Shown piece after piece: positions 20,209 to 30,594 of a DNA stretch of 64,000 nucleotides. The stretch is taken from NCBI GenBank assembly GCA_029548865.1, contig JAKPMO010000004.1, forward strand, positions 172,747-236,746, in the 5' to 3' direction. Position numbers and translations under genes: made by a program. Source of the DNA: Caldisericota bacterium. Lineage in GTDB: Bacteria > Caldisericota > Caldisericia > JAAYUI01. Position 1 is the stretch's first letter. Every line of letters begins with the position of its first letter. Below the pieces are notes generated by a model. That model was not told where the DNA came from and made no database searches. It was given only the letters and a program-made list of their open reading frames with translations.

Positions 20209-21593
20209 CTGCCTCCAAGCATTGCCTTGCATTTGATCGAGGGCCCGCCGCCATCGACTTTGGCAGGCTGTATTTTCCCACAAGCACCGGAACCCATTGC
20301 AAACTCAAAGTCGTTTCCGACCATGTCCACACTTTTCAAAACATCAAAAGCCTGGCCGGAGATGGTAACGTTCTTCACAAGCCTGCCGACCTTTCCTTTG
20401 GCTATTTCGTAGGCCTCACCGCATCCGAACATGAATTCTGCGTTTGCGTCTGCTTCGCCGTTTTCAGGGTTGACCAGAAGGTAGCCCTTGTCTACCGAGC
20501 CAATGATCTCATCAAAACTGTTTTTGCCAGGTTTTATGTAGGTGTTTCTCATTCGTATTATCGGGACATCGGTGTAGCCCCATGCCCTTGCATTGCCAGT
20601 GGGTTCTACACCGAACAACTCGGCGGTTTCCCTGCTGTGGAGATATGAAGACAAAATGCCGTCTTTTATGATGACCGTTCCCCCGGCCTCTACACCCTCA
20701 TCGTCAACCTCGATGTAGCCTGCAGGATTGCCAATCTTCATCAAATTTGGCCCGTCATCAACCATCGTGATTAAGTCTGAAGCTATTTTCTGGCCAATCT
20801 TGCCTGCCGTTATCGACCCTGACAATACAAAATCCGCCTCGACCGTGTGCCCTATTGCCTCATGCGCAAGGATGCCAACCATGCCCGGTTTTAGAACAAC
20901 GTCGTGCATCCCGCCTTCCACATAAGGTGCATCTAGTTTGTCAACGGCTATCCTGGCAGCTTTTTCGGCCATCTGCTCTGGCGTCCTGGAATCAAAGAGT
21001 TCATCAAAGCCGCCAACGACGCCACTGGATTCAAACGAGCTTTGCATCTGGCTATCTTTTGAGGCAACAGCGATGCAGTAAAAATCAGGCTTTGAAAGCC
21101 TGCTGTGGCACTTTGCCCCGTCATTTGTCATTACCCATTTGCTTTCTGTTGTTTCGGAGTAATAAGTCGTAGCAGTAACGATAAACTGAGAGCTTTTCCG
21201 GATCAGCGACTCGATCCTTATGGCCAAGGCTATTTTTTCTTCAAACGGGATGTCTTCGAGGTCTCTTTTTGTTTTGTATTTGTAGTCTTTTTTGGCCAGC
21301 CTCTTTGGGGATAGCACTGGCACTTTCTTTTGTGATTGCGAGCCAATTGTAATAGCTGCTATCTCGGCATCTTTCAGGGCCTTGGCAAGAGAATCCGGAT
21401 CGAGGTCAGATGTTGAAGCAAAGCCCCATGCGCCGTTCCTGAGCACTCTTATGCCTGCCCCAATGCTCCTTTTGGAGCTGGATGTTTCAAGCAGGCCGTT
21501 TTTTATTGCCACGCCGCGGCTCGTCTTGTCAGAAATCCTTATTTCGCAGAAACCATTGCTCAAAGACAATGTTTTTCCAATCAGATCAAACAT
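20205..21593 (-). CDS. tldD: TldD family metalloprotease
   Basis: HEAIGHTVEAD, DDEG, RMRNTY, CGK..P. Confidence 0.94.
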   Translation of the reverse strand: MFDLIGKTLSLSNGFCEIRISDKTSRGVAIKNGLLETSSSKRSIGAGIRVLRNGAWGFASTSDLDPDSLAKALKDAEIAAITIGSQSQKKVPVLSPKRLAKKDYKYKTKRDLEDIPFEEKIALAIRIESLIRKSSQFIVTATTYYSETTESKWVMTNDGAKCHSRLSKPDFYCIAVASKDSQMQSSFESSGVVGGFDELFDSRTPEQMAEKAARIAVDKLDAPYVEGGMHDVVLKPGMVGILAHEAIGHTVEADFVLSGSITAGKIGQKIASDLITMVDDGPNLMKIGNPAGYIEVDDEGVEAGGTVIIKDGILSSYLHSRETAELFGVEPTGNARAWGYTDVPIIRMRNTYIKPGKNSFDEIIGSVDKGYLLVNPENGEADANAEFMFGCGEAYEIAKGKVGRLVKNVTISGQAFDVLKSVDMVGNDFEFAMGSGACGKIQPAKVDGGGPSIKCKAMLGGR

Positions 21594-22984
21594 CAGTCCT
21601 CCTTTTGTCCAGTAGCGGCCGCTTTCCTGATAATAATTATTGGAGTCTGGTCATCCTCGTTGCCAGCGGGATTATCGGCCATGAATTGCTCAAGCTCTTT
21701 CTTGTCTACGCCGTCAGAGGCGCCAACCGCCCAGGCTATTCCCATGTCGTTGGCATCAATGATTGCGGCCTCAAAACCAGTTTTTTCCTTTATTATCTGG
21801 GCAAGCTTGTCGCTGTTGTATGGCCCTGGTATGACAAAATAATCGTAGGGTGCCATTGATGCCGGCATGTCATCTATCATTGCGACCTCGGGTCCTGCCA
21901 CCATATAAAACCAGCCCTTTTTGCCAATCAATTTACCCAAAGCGCCGCAGAACGTTGCAAAAAGTATTTTTAGGAGTCCTGCTATTTCAATTGCCACCTG
22001 GAAGGAGAGCGGATTTGCAAGGGGCGAAGTTGTGGCAAAAGAATTTTTTGATGAAGCTGTTACGAAACCAGAAAGCATCCTCGCGATCCTTGTGGGTTGG
22101 ATTGTTTCCGCAGAGTAGATCCTTGCCTGTGTTATTGCAGCCACAGCAGAAGCAAATGTTACTATGTCACCTTTTTGGGCAATGCCTTTTATTGATTCTA
22201 TAATAACTTGTGCTGCATCATCTTCCTCGGTGATGATTTTTGTTTTTACGGGTATCTTTACCGAGCCAGGTTTTGACGGAAGAGGCGGTTTCAGGATTAT
22301 CATTTTTGCCTCATCCGGAAACACCCTCTCGATCTCTTTTAGACATTTTCTGCCTTTTCTTCTCCTGGTACCCTCTTTCCAGATTTCCAGGGCTTTTTCT
22401 TTCTGGCCAGTTTTTTCGTAGCATTGGCCAAGCAGAACAAAGTCGGTCTCATAGAAATTTGATGGTTCGAGTCTTTTGAACTCCTCGAAATACCAGATTA
22501 CATCCTTGAAACGACCAAGCTCAAAAAGGCAATGCGAAATCCTTTTTAAAAGGTACCTGTAAATTGAGAGTATGTCTCTCCTGAGGTGCTCCTTGCCAAT
22601 GTCCATCCCTTTCACATACACCTGAAAGGCGGCCTCAAGGTCCTTTTTATGGTAGTAATAAACATCGCCCATTGAAAGGTAATACCAGTACTGCGTTGGT
22701 CTCTGGTCAAAGGTTTTTTGTAGCAGGTCAATGGCCTTCTGGTATTCACCAGAAACACTGTAGATTCTGGCCAGCAATCTCACCGAACGCGGATAGTTGC
22801 AACCACCACGGTCAACCACCTTTTCAAGAAAAGCTGTGGCTTGTTTTTCCTTTCCAGTCTTTCTCAGTGCTTTGCAGTACAGCTCTGCATCTCTGTCCGA
22901 GGTTCTTGCTGGGTCTGGGTTTCGATAGGCTTTGACAATATTTTCATAATCATTTGATTCGAGATATTTTCTATACGATGGCAT
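21593..22984 (-). CDS. TPR-repeat protein fused to CofE/F420-0:gamma-glutamyl-ligase-like domain
   Basis: N-terminal TPR-like helices (LARIYSVSGEYQKAIDLL, LGQCYEKTGQKEKALEIW); C-terminal IPVKTKII, GWFYMVAG, IDANDMG, DNPAGN..QTP. Confidence 0.75.
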   Translation of the reverse strand: MPSYRKYLESNDYENIVKAYRNPDPARTSDRDAELYCKALRKTGKEKQATAFLEKVVDRGGCNYPRSVRLLARIYSVSGEYQKAIDLLQKTFDQRPTQYWYYLSMGDVYYYHKKDLEAAFQVYVKGMDIGKEHLRRDILSIYRYLLKRISHCLFELGRFKDVIWYFEEFKRLEPSNFYETDFVLLGQCYEKTGQKEKALEIWKEGTRRRKGRKCLKEIERVFPDEAKMIILKPPLPSKPGSVKIPVKTKIITEEDDAAQVIIESIKGIAQKGDIVTFASAVAAITQARIYSAETIQPTRIARMLSGFVTASSKNSFATTSPLANPLSFQVAIEIAGLLKILFATFCGALGKLIGKKGWFYMVAGPEVAMIDDMPASMAPYDYFVIPGPYNSDKLAQIIKEKTGFEAAIIDANDMGIAWAVGASDGVDKKELEQFMADNPAGNEDDQTPIIIIRKAAATGQKED

Positions 22985-23525
22985 CCTGATCTTCCTGCGC
23001 CAGTCCTGTTCTTTCAACCAGCTCAAATAATTTTATCAAAACATTTTTTACAGATTTCTTGTCCTTGGCAACACATGATACAACCTCAACACTGTCATCA
23101 ATTCCGAGCATCTGCCCGACCTGCTCCGGGTTTAGGGAACCTGTGACATCTTGTTTGTTTGCCGCAACAACACACGGTATCTGGAGTTTTGGCAAAAAGA
23201 ATGAAAGATAACGCCTTGCTTCTATAATTGACTTGTAATCTGCAGAATCAACAATCAGCACCATACCTACGGCCCCGACGGAAAGGACATCCCACATGTA
23301 TGAAAATCTCTCCTGCCCTGGTGTTCCAAAGATATAAAGCACAAGATCATCATCAATTGTCAGCCTTCCAAAATCAAGTGCGACTGTTGTCTGGTTTTTT
23401 ATAACCCTTGTTTCGTCTGTTACTGCCTTCTCTGTTGAAACAACAGGTATTTCAGAAACCGATTTAATTAAACTTGTTTTGCCGGATGAGAACGGCCCGG
23501 TCACAAGTATTTTGATTCTTTTCAT
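22971..23525 (-). CDS. MglA/CvnD-like small GTPase
   Basis: GPFSSGKT, TTVALDFG, FGTPGQERF, NKQD. Confidence 0.9.
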   Translation of the reverse strand: MKRIKILVTGPFSSGKTSLIKSVSEIPVVSTEKAVTDETRVIKNQTTVALDFGRLTIDDDLVLYIFGTPGQERFSYMWDVLSVGAVGMVLIVDSADYKSIIEARRYLSFFLPKLQIPCVVAANKQDVTGSLNPEQVGQMLGIDDSVEVVSCVAKDKKSVKNVLIKLFELVERTGLAQEDQDAIV

Positions 23526-24163
23526 AGTTTCCTGAGATAATCAATAATTTTTGATATGAATGATGGTTTGGATTTTGGATCGTTTGGTTTTGGCTGAACC
23601 GTGTCTGTTCTTTGTTTGACCGCAGCCCTTCTTATGACTCCAACCTGCAAAAGTGAATAAAAAATTCTGATTGCATCAAATTCTGGCCAACCAAGGTCTT
23701 TGCTGATGTCGCCCAGGGATTTCTCGCCATCTATGAGCCCGATCACCTGCCACTGCTTTGAATCAAAAACGAGATCATAGGTTTCGAACTCCAACGAAAG
23801 TGAATAAATGATGTTGGTGGAGGGAATTTCACGCCTCAGGGTCTCGTAAAGTTTTATTCTTCCAGAGGCCTCCAGTAGTAGCTGGTCCATTGAAACAATG
23901 ATGTTTGTTTCAGGACTGTTTTCATCACTTATGAACCTGAAGCTGCCGTTTTCCGCCTCGCATATCGCGAAAAAGGCCTCCTTGCCGTTCTGGTTGTCCG
24001 CAAAAGCGGCTGTTATGCCGCCATTCATAAAAAAAACTGATGCTTCAAACCTTCTTCCGGACTGCTCCAGAAAAAGCTGGAGCTTGCCGGTTCGTTTTGA
24101 AATCCAAATAAACTGGCATATTTCTATGACTGAAAAATCTTTGATGTTGCCTGCAAGTTCCAT
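23522..24163 (-). CDS. DUF4388 (PATAN-like) domain protein with C-terminal wHTH-like region
   Basis: LAGNIKDFSVIEICQFI..KRTGKL, GSFRF, QLLLEA; IDGEKSLGDI. Confidence 0.8.
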   Translation of the reverse strand: MELAGNIKDFSVIEICQFIWISKRTGKLQLFLEQSGRRFEASVFFMNGGITAAFADNQNGKEAFFAICEAENGSFRFISDENSPETNIIVSMDQLLLEASGRIKLYETLRREIPSTNIIYSLSLEFETYDLVFDSKQWQVIGLIDGEKSLGDISKDLGWPEFDAIRIFYSLLQVGVIRRAAVKQRTDTVQPKPNDPKSKPSFISKIIDYLRKL

Positions 24164-24170
24164 CTACACC

Positions 24171-26504
24171 TCACTTTAGAAAAACAATTGTTACAGCATC
24201 ACCACCCTCGTCTGGCTGGGCGAGGTTGAACCTGTCAACACGCGGGCAGTGCGGCAGATAGTCTTGGATGGCCTTTCTCAGGACCCCAGAACCCCTGCCA
24301 TGAACGATATATACGAATGGCATACCAGCGGAATAGGCGCTGTCAAGATACCTCTCAAGTTTTACCAGCGCATCTTCTATGGGCATGCCAAAGAGTTCCA
24401 ATTTTATCGGCACTGATTGGACTTCCGGTCTTACCTCCGGTTTTCCGATTTCTTCTCCTTCCACGGGTTCATTCACCAGCTCTACGCTGCTTGCCGGTAA
24501 TTGCACCCTTGCCGTTCCAACTTGGACAAGAACCTTGCCCTTTTCAGGATAAACGTCCATTACAACACCCTGCGATTTGAACCTTGGGACATAAACGATG
24601 TCCCCTGCTTTTATGCCTTCAACATCGACAGGAGTTGTGCTTGGCTGTTCTTCCTCTGCTTTTGCGACCTCTTCGTGGATCTCCTGGAGGCGCTTCTGGA
24701 GAGTGTCTGTCTCCTTGTTTTGTCTCGAGGCTTTGGCAAGTCTTTTGACTATCTCGTCAGCTTCGGCAAGCTTTTCGCCAAAAAATTTCCTGGCTTTCAG
24801 GAGCTCGCGGTCAAGCATTGATTTGCGGTTTTGTTCTATCTCAACAAGTTCTACTTCGCGCTTTCTCAGGAGCTCCTCGGCTTCCATCCTAGCCTTGCTG
24901 ACCTGCTCCCTTTCTTCCATTATCATCTTGGCGTCTTCGGCCATTTTTGAAATTATGTCTGCGCTGTTTTTGTCCTCCGGCCTCATGAGCGCCCTTGCTC
25001 TTGATATGACCAAATCGGGGAGGCCCGTCCTCTCGGCTATTTCAAAGGCATGAGAAGAACCTGGTGTACCTATATGGATTTTGTAGGTTGGCATGAGGGT
25101 CTCATGGTCAAATCCAACCGAGGCATTTACAGCGTTTATATTGTTGTATGCAAAACCCTTCATCTCGCCGATGTGCGTCGTAATAATTGTTGGACAGCCA
25201 ACGGCATAAAAATGCTCGGCAATTGCATAGGCAAGAGAGGCACCTTCTGTTGGGTCAGTTCCAGCGCCGAGTTCGTCCAGCAGGACAAGCTTGGAGGATG
25301 AGGCATCCCCAATTATCAGCGATATGTTTTTCAGATGTGAGGAGAATGTTGAAAGGTTTTGAGTAAGGCTTTGTTCATCACCAATATCAAGAAGGACATC
25401 ATCAAGGATGCCCATCTCTGTACCATCTTCGCATGGGAGGTGAAGGCCACACTGTGCCATGACCACAAAAAGACCGACAGTCTTCAGCGAAGCTGTTTTT
25501 CCTCCAGTGTTTGGCCCGGTGAGTATGATCATTTTGAAGTCAGAGCCAATTCTTATGTCGATTGGTATTGGTTCGCTTATCAGAGGATGCCTCCCACCCC
25601 TGATGTTTAGCCTGTGGCCATCTTCCATGGCCGGCTCGGTGCAGTTCCATCTTATTGATAATTCTGCCCTCGCGAACATGAAGTCCAGACCGGAAAGCGC
25701 CTCATCGATCACTTCCATGTCTTCGGACCTCATGGATATTTCATCAGATATTCTCCGCAATATTTCTGCAATTTCCTCGCGCTCCCTGAGGCGAAGGTTT
25801 CTGAGGTCATTGTTTAGCGGGATAACAGAAAGAGGCTCCACATAGAGTGTTTGCCCTGATGCGGAAGAATCATGGACTATGCATGGGAAGTGGTTCTTGT
25901 ATTCGCTTTTGAGCGGGATTACATACCTGTCGTCACGGATTGTGATTATCGGGTCCTGTATCATCTTGGAGTATGAAGACGATCTCATTATCTCCCCGAG
26001 CTTGGACTGTATCTTTGTGTGTACCAGCCTCATCTGGACCCTTATCGAAGCAAGCCTTTCCGAGGCAGAATCAAGGACTTCTCCGTGCTCATCAACCGTC
26101 TTTGCAATCATCTGTTCAATTGCCTGTTGTGTTTTTATTCTTGAGGCAACCACCCAGACATCAGGAATGTCCTCCCTTGAACCCTCCAGCGATGATTTCA
26201 CAGACCTTGAGCACCTGAGGGTTTTCAATACCTCAAGCAATTCCTCTGGCGAGAGCGGTGAGCCGATGACACATGATTTGATATAGTCGGTTATCGATTT
26301 TGCGTCAATGAACGGCAATGGGCCATATCGCAGTAGTTGATTCTTGCACTGGGATGTTTCCCTCTGCAATCTAGCAACTTCTTCAGCCGAATTTGTGGGA
26401 AGCATGACAAAAACAAGATCCCTGCCACCCTGGGTGTGCGCAAATTCGGTGAGTTTCTCTTTTATTTTCTCAAACTCAAGCACCCTAAGGGCATGATCGT
26501 TCAC
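24171..26504 (-). CDS. mutS2: Endonuclease MutS2
   Basis: TGPNTGGKT, LSTFSSH, DELGAGTDP; C-terminal Smr (IVHGRGSG). Confidence 0.96.
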   Translation of the reverse strand: MNDHALRVLEFEKIKEKLTEFAHTQGGRDLVFVMLPTNSAEEVARLQRETSQCKNQLLRYGPLPFIDAKSITDYIKSCVIGSPLSPEELLEVLKTLRCSRSVKSSLEGSREDIPDVWVVASRIKTQQAIEQMIAKTVDEHGEVLDSASERLASIRVQMRLVHTKIQSKLGEIMRSSSYSKMIQDPIITIRDDRYVIPLKSEYKNHFPCIVHDSSASGQTLYVEPLSVIPLNNDLRNLRLREREEIAEILRRISDEISMRSEDMEVIDEALSGLDFMFARAELSIRWNCTEPAMEDGHRLNIRGGRHPLISEPIPIDIRIGSDFKMIILTGPNTGGKTASLKTVGLFVVMAQCGLHLPCEDGTEMGILDDVLLDIGDEQSLTQNLSTFSSHLKNISLIIGDASSSKLVLLDELGAGTDPTEGASLAYAIAEHFYAVGCPTIITTHIGEMKGFAYNNINAVNASVGFDHETLMPTYKIHIGTPGSSHAFEIAERTGLPDLVISRARALMRPEDKNSADIISKMAEDAKMIMEEREQVSKARMEAEELLRKREVELVEIEQNRKSMLDRELLKARKFFGEKLAEADEIVKRLAKASRQNKETDTLQKRLQEIHEEVAKAEEEQPSTTPVDVEGIKAGDIVYVPRFKSQGVVMDVYPEKGKVLVQVGTARVQLPASSVELVNEPVEGEEIGKPEVRPEVQSVPIKLELFGMPIEDALVKLERYLDSAYSAGMPFVYIVHGRGSGVLRKAIQDYLPHCPRVDRFNLAQPDEGGDAVTIVFLK

Positions 26505-28180
26505 TGACCCCTCCAGCAGAGCTCGCGGACCTGTTCATATGATTTGCAGTTTAACAAATTTTCCCGGGAAACGCCAGCCCTTCGCGCAAGCTTCACCCCT
26601 GAAGGCAGTTCTTTCAGGTGCAATGCATAATGGGCATCACTTCCAAGCGCAAACATGCACCCATGTTTCATGGCAATCCTTGCCACCTGCCAGGGAGGAT
26701 CAAGCTTGTCAGGAGCATAATTCAGCTCCACTGCAACACCTGCTTTTGAACATTCCGAAAAAATCATGTCCCAGTCTATTTCTATAGGTGGCCTGACAAG
26801 GAGTCTCCGGAGCGTCGGGTGCGCCACGATATCAATTGCACCAGAGCTTATTGCCCTCAAATAGCGGTTTTCCAGGATGGATGGATCGTCACCGAGCCCG
26901 GAGTGTAGTGCTCCAATCCTCATGATTTTTTGCCTTGTCTGGAAATCGACATGGCCATCGGCATCAATGTTATATTCAATGCCGGGAACTATCTTTACCG
27001 TTCCTTTGAAAGCGTTCATTTTTCTTATTTTGTCTGTCTGAGCCTCAAGGTCTTGCGCTGAAAGTCCTTTTGTTACAGATATTCCTTGAGCGTGATCAGT
27101 GACTGTTAAGTATTCAAGACCCATCTGCTCTGCCTGTCTTACAAGCTCCGAAAGCCTTGATCTGCCATCACTCCATGGCGTATGTGCGTGAAGATCGCCC
27201 AGGATGTCATCTTCTTCAACGATGTCCCAGCCGAGTTTGCCTTCGGAAAGCTCTATGCAGTCCGGCCATTCGCGTATTTCTGGCGGAATGTATGGCAAAC
27301 CAAGCTGTTTGTAGAAAGATTCTTCGTCACCTTTTACAAGCAAAAAACCAGCAACTGATCTGTTTTTGAATGCTGTCCTCGAGCAGAGCTTCTGGTAGTG
27401 GTCGCCGGGGCCAGTGGCAAGGCACATTGCAGAGCCAGTATACTCTTGTCTGCACAGATGTACTCTCACCTGGACACCTGAAACCTGGCCTTCGCAGCCA
27501 TATTTTGTAATGATGCACTCACCAAATTCCAGATATTTTGATATCTCTTGTGCTGTTTTTACGGTTGGCTTGGAAACGACAACAAGCAGATCAATTTTTT
27601 CTATCAGCTCCCTACCCCGCCTTATGTCGCCAGCAACAAATACTTTTGACGCCTCTTCAAAATGTTTTACTTTTCTTTGCAGAAGATTTGCCAGATGTAT
27701 TGCGTTTGAAAGCGGGAGGGTCCTCCTTCCGGAGAGGGTCTGCGTCACCATTCCCTCTACTTGTTTTGAAAATCTCTCACCAAAACCTTTTCTTGAGGAA
27801 AGCAGACCACCTCTTGATGCTTTTCTGAGCTCCTCAAGTGTTTCTATTCCACAATCCTCATAGAGTCTTGCGATATTTGAGATACTAAGGCCTGAAATCT
27901 GCAGAAGACTCTGCACGCCTTTTGGAGTTTTTTTCAGCAATGCCTGCTCAAGACTTGAACTGCCAGTCTTTATCATCTCTGAAATTGCAGAAGCTGTTGT
28001 TTCAGAAAGCAACCCTTGCGCCAAAAGGAAACCGACCATTTGGAGTTCGACTTCATCGACGTCCAGGTGTCTGATTGTTGTCGAGGCATCAAGAAACTGG
28101 TTCGAGCCAATACCAGTATTTGTGTATCTTGCAAGCCTTGCCAAAAAATTGAGCTTTTCCGCAAGCTCCCAAGAGTTCAT
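26501..28180 (-). CDS. polX: Family X DNA polymerase/PHP fusion with degenerate polymerase site
   Basis: HhH region, AGDIRR, LPYIPPEIRE; PHP motifs DLHAHT..SDG, TDH, AHP, GSDAH. Confidence 0.88.
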   Translation of the reverse strand: MNSWELAEKLNFLARLARYTNTGIGSNQFLDASTTIRHLDVDEVELQMVGFLLAQGLLSETTASAISEMIKTGSSSLEQALLKKTPKGVQSLLQISGLSISNIARLYEDCGIETLEELRKASRGGLLSSRKGFGERFSKQVEGMVTQTLSGRRTLPLSNAIHLANLLQRKVKHFEEASKVFVAGDIRRGRELIEKIDLLVVVSKPTVKTAQEISKYLEFGECIITKYGCEGQVSGVQVRVHLCRQEYTGSAMCLATGPGDHYQKLCSRTAFKNRSVAGFLLVKGDEESFYKQLGLPYIPPEIREWPDCIELSEGKLGWDIVEEDDILGDLHAHTPWSDGRSRLSELVRQAEQMGLEYLTVTDHAQGISVTKGLSAQDLEAQTDKIRKMNAFKGTVKIVPGIEYNIDADGHVDFQTRQKIMRIGALHSGLGDDPSILENRYLRAISSGAIDIVAHPTLRRLLVRPPIEIDWDMIFSECSKAGVAVELNYAPDKLDPPWQVARIAMKHGCMFALGSDAHYALHLKELPSGVKLARRAGVSRENLLNCKSYEQVRELCWRGQ

Positions 28181-30594
28181 GCCTTTCTGACAGAAGCACC
28201 AATTTTTTCTAGGGCCAGATCAATTTTCTCGATTATAGCGTCAATCTGGCTGCCAAGGAGCGTCCCTTCGGGATCATAGAAAGACAGCGAGAATGCCAGC
28301 GAACGCTTGCCCTCTCTTGCAAATCCGCCAACAAACTGGTCAAAAAGCCTTATCGATGAAAGATTGTTGCCGGCGTGGTCTTTGATTGTTGATTCGATCT
28401 GGGAGCAAGGGACTGTTTCCGGTGCAAGAACCGCTATGTCCCTCAGGACCATTGGAAACCTCGGAACAGGTTTTGCAACAATCACTTCCGGAACGTGTGG
28501 AAGAAGGTTTTCTATGTTTATGTTCGCAATTGTTATGGGAGTTGCAACCTGCAGTCTCTCGTTTACTTCCGGGTCAAGCTGGCCGATATAGCCTATTGGG
28601 TTGCCAGAGATTGCTATTTCAGCTTGCCTGTACTGGTGCAAGTGGGGGTGGGGTTTATTTAAAGGTCTGTACGAGACACCACAAACGCAAAGCAGATCAA
28701 ACAGCGCCTCAAGTGAGCCTTTCAGGTCAAAAAAGTCATAATTCTCGATATTGTCTTTCTTGCCTTCGGTTTCTTTGGCTTTGAGCTGGGAGTCCCATCC
28801 GGAAGGCCTTTTGCCGGTCATAATCATGACCAGCCTGCGGCATTCAGGTCCAAACTGTGAACCCACCTCAAATAGCGCCATGGTAGAATTGCCCTGTCTG
28901 GCGTTGTATGAAGATGCCGCAAGAACACCCAACTCGCAAACAGGCCTCATGATTGTTGAATCTGTTGTCATCGGATTGAGGACCTTCGGGGCGTTTGGGA
29001 CAAGCGTTTCGAGCTTCATCAATTTGAGCTCGTCCTCGCAGGTCATTGGTTTTGAGACGCACTCGTAAAGGCCCATTCCGGACAAGATTTTTTTGAGCCT
29101 TCTCTCAAGAAGGAAAATCGGGGTTTCGGTGACTATCTTCTCCTCGATTATTGGAAAAGTGGTGGGGATTGTGTCATATCCTATGACTCTTATTGCTTCC
29201 TCGATAAGGTCGATTTCGTCCCTGAGGTCATTGTCCCTGAACCCCGGGATAGTGGCCAATAGAGGATCTCCAACCTTGATGTCAATTCCAAGGGTGCCAA
29301 GGCCTTCTTTTATTTTCTCCGAATCAAGATCAAAACCCAGTATCTTTTTCATTCTCTTGACCCTTACCTGGACCTGGCGCCTTTCTTTTTTGTTGTAGCT
29401 TTCCACTGGGGCACATCCGCTTGTTCCAATCATCGAGATGACTTTCCAGGCGGTGTCCTCGGCGACCTCCACATCTGCGCCCTTCTCGAACCTTGTTGAA
29501 GCCTCGCTCCTTATTCCAAGGATCGAGCTGGATTTGGCTATAAGAAGAGGGTTGAAGTTCGCAGATTCGAGGAAAATCCTTTTTGTTGCAGAAGTGACTT
29601 CCGAGTCCTGTCCACCCATGATGCCGGCTATCCCAACCGGTTTCTCGCCGTCCCAGATCATAAGGGTGCCAACCGGAAGGTCGCGTTCCTTGTCATCAAG
29701 GGTTTTGAATTTCATTGGTGCTTTTGTTCTTGCGACCCTTACCACGCCACTCTTTATTTTGTCTGCATCAAAGGCGTGGGTTGGCTGTCCGTCCTCATAC
29801 ATGGAAAGATTGGAGGCATCGACAACATTGTTTATTGGCCTTGTGCCTGAAGCCAGTAATTTTCTTCTGGTCTCAAATCCTGAGGGCGCAACGCTTACAT
29901 TTGCAAGCATTCCGATGTATCTCTGGCAATCCTCATAATCTTCTATGTCAACTCTAAATTCCAAGCAGGTGTTTTCAGCAGAGATATTTTTTGATGTCTC
30001 AAGCGATGGGACTTCATGTATCTTGCCGGTTTTCCTCCAAAGGATTGCGGCAACCTCGTGAAGGAGCCCGCGGAGCGACAGCCATTCCGGATGATTTGGC
30101 GTTATCTTGATGTCCAGTATCGAGTCTGAGAGCCAGAATGATTCTGCCGGGTCTGTAAACAGCGGAGTATCATCGGGCATCTGCCACGGGCCTTCCCTCT
30201 CTGCCTGTGGAAGGATTTCTGGATCAACGCCAAAATCCTGGGCGGAAAGGATTGCCCCTTCTGAAGCGAATCCCCTTATGTTTCTTGGCTCGACTGTAAC
30301 ATCGCCAATGCGCGTTCCATGGATTGCGACCGGATAAATCTGGCCTGGTTTCACCCTATCAGAGTTGATCACAACCTCGATGGTTTTTCCTGGAGCAATC
30401 TCAATTTTTGCTATGTGCAGTTTTTCTGTTGCCTGCCTTATTTCAGTTATTTTTCCAAAAACCGAGCCCCTGACCCTGTCTCTTTTTTGAAGGTCCTCGA
30501 CTTCAAGGCCCAATATTTTGAAACCTTCCTGGATGGTTTCCAGGTCGATGTCCCACGGAACAACACTTTTCAGATAGCGATACGAGAGTTTCAT
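28177..30594 (-). CDS. pheT: Phenylalanine-tRNA ligase beta subunit
   Basis: ITPNHP, RPINNVVD, GQPTHAFD, DLIEE, C-terminal FDX-ACB (RDIAV..RSLAF). Confidence 0.96.
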   Translation of the reverse strand: MKLSYRYLKSVVPWDIDLETIQEGFKILGLEVEDLQKRDRVRGSVFGKITEIRQATEKLHIAKIEIAPGKTIEVVINSDRVKPGQIYPVAIHGTRIGDVTVEPRNIRGFASEGAILSAQDFGVDPEILPQAEREGPWQMPDDTPLFTDPAESFWLSDSILDIKITPNHPEWLSLRGLLHEVAAILWRKTGKIHEVPSLETSKNISAENTCLEFRVDIEDYEDCQRYIGMLANVSVAPSGFETRRKLLASGTRPINNVVDASNLSMYEDGQPTHAFDADKIKSGVVRVARTKAPMKFKTLDDKERDLPVGTLMIWDGEKPVGIAGIMGGQDSEVTSATKRIFLESANFNPLLIAKSSSILGIRSEASTRFEKGADVEVAEDTAWKVISMIGTSGCAPVESYNKKERRQVQVRVKRMKKILGFDLDSEKIKEGLGTLGIDIKVGDPLLATIPGFRDNDLRDEIDLIEEAIRVIGYDTIPTTFPIIEEKIVTETPIFLLERRLKKILSGMGLYECVSKPMTCEDELKLMKLETLVPNAPKVLNPMTTDSTIMRPVCELGVLAASSYNARQGNSTMALFEVGSQFGPECRRLVMIMTGKRPSGWDSQLKAKETEGKKDNIENYDFFDLKGSLEALFDLLCVCGVSYRPLNKPHPHLHQYRQAEIAISGNPIGYIGQLDPEVNERLQVATPITIANINIENLLPHVPEVIVAKPVPRFPMVLRDIAVLAPETVPCSQIESTIKDHAGNNLSSIRLFDQFVGGFAREGKRSLAFSLSFYDPEGTLLGSQIDAIIEKIDLALEKIGASVRKA

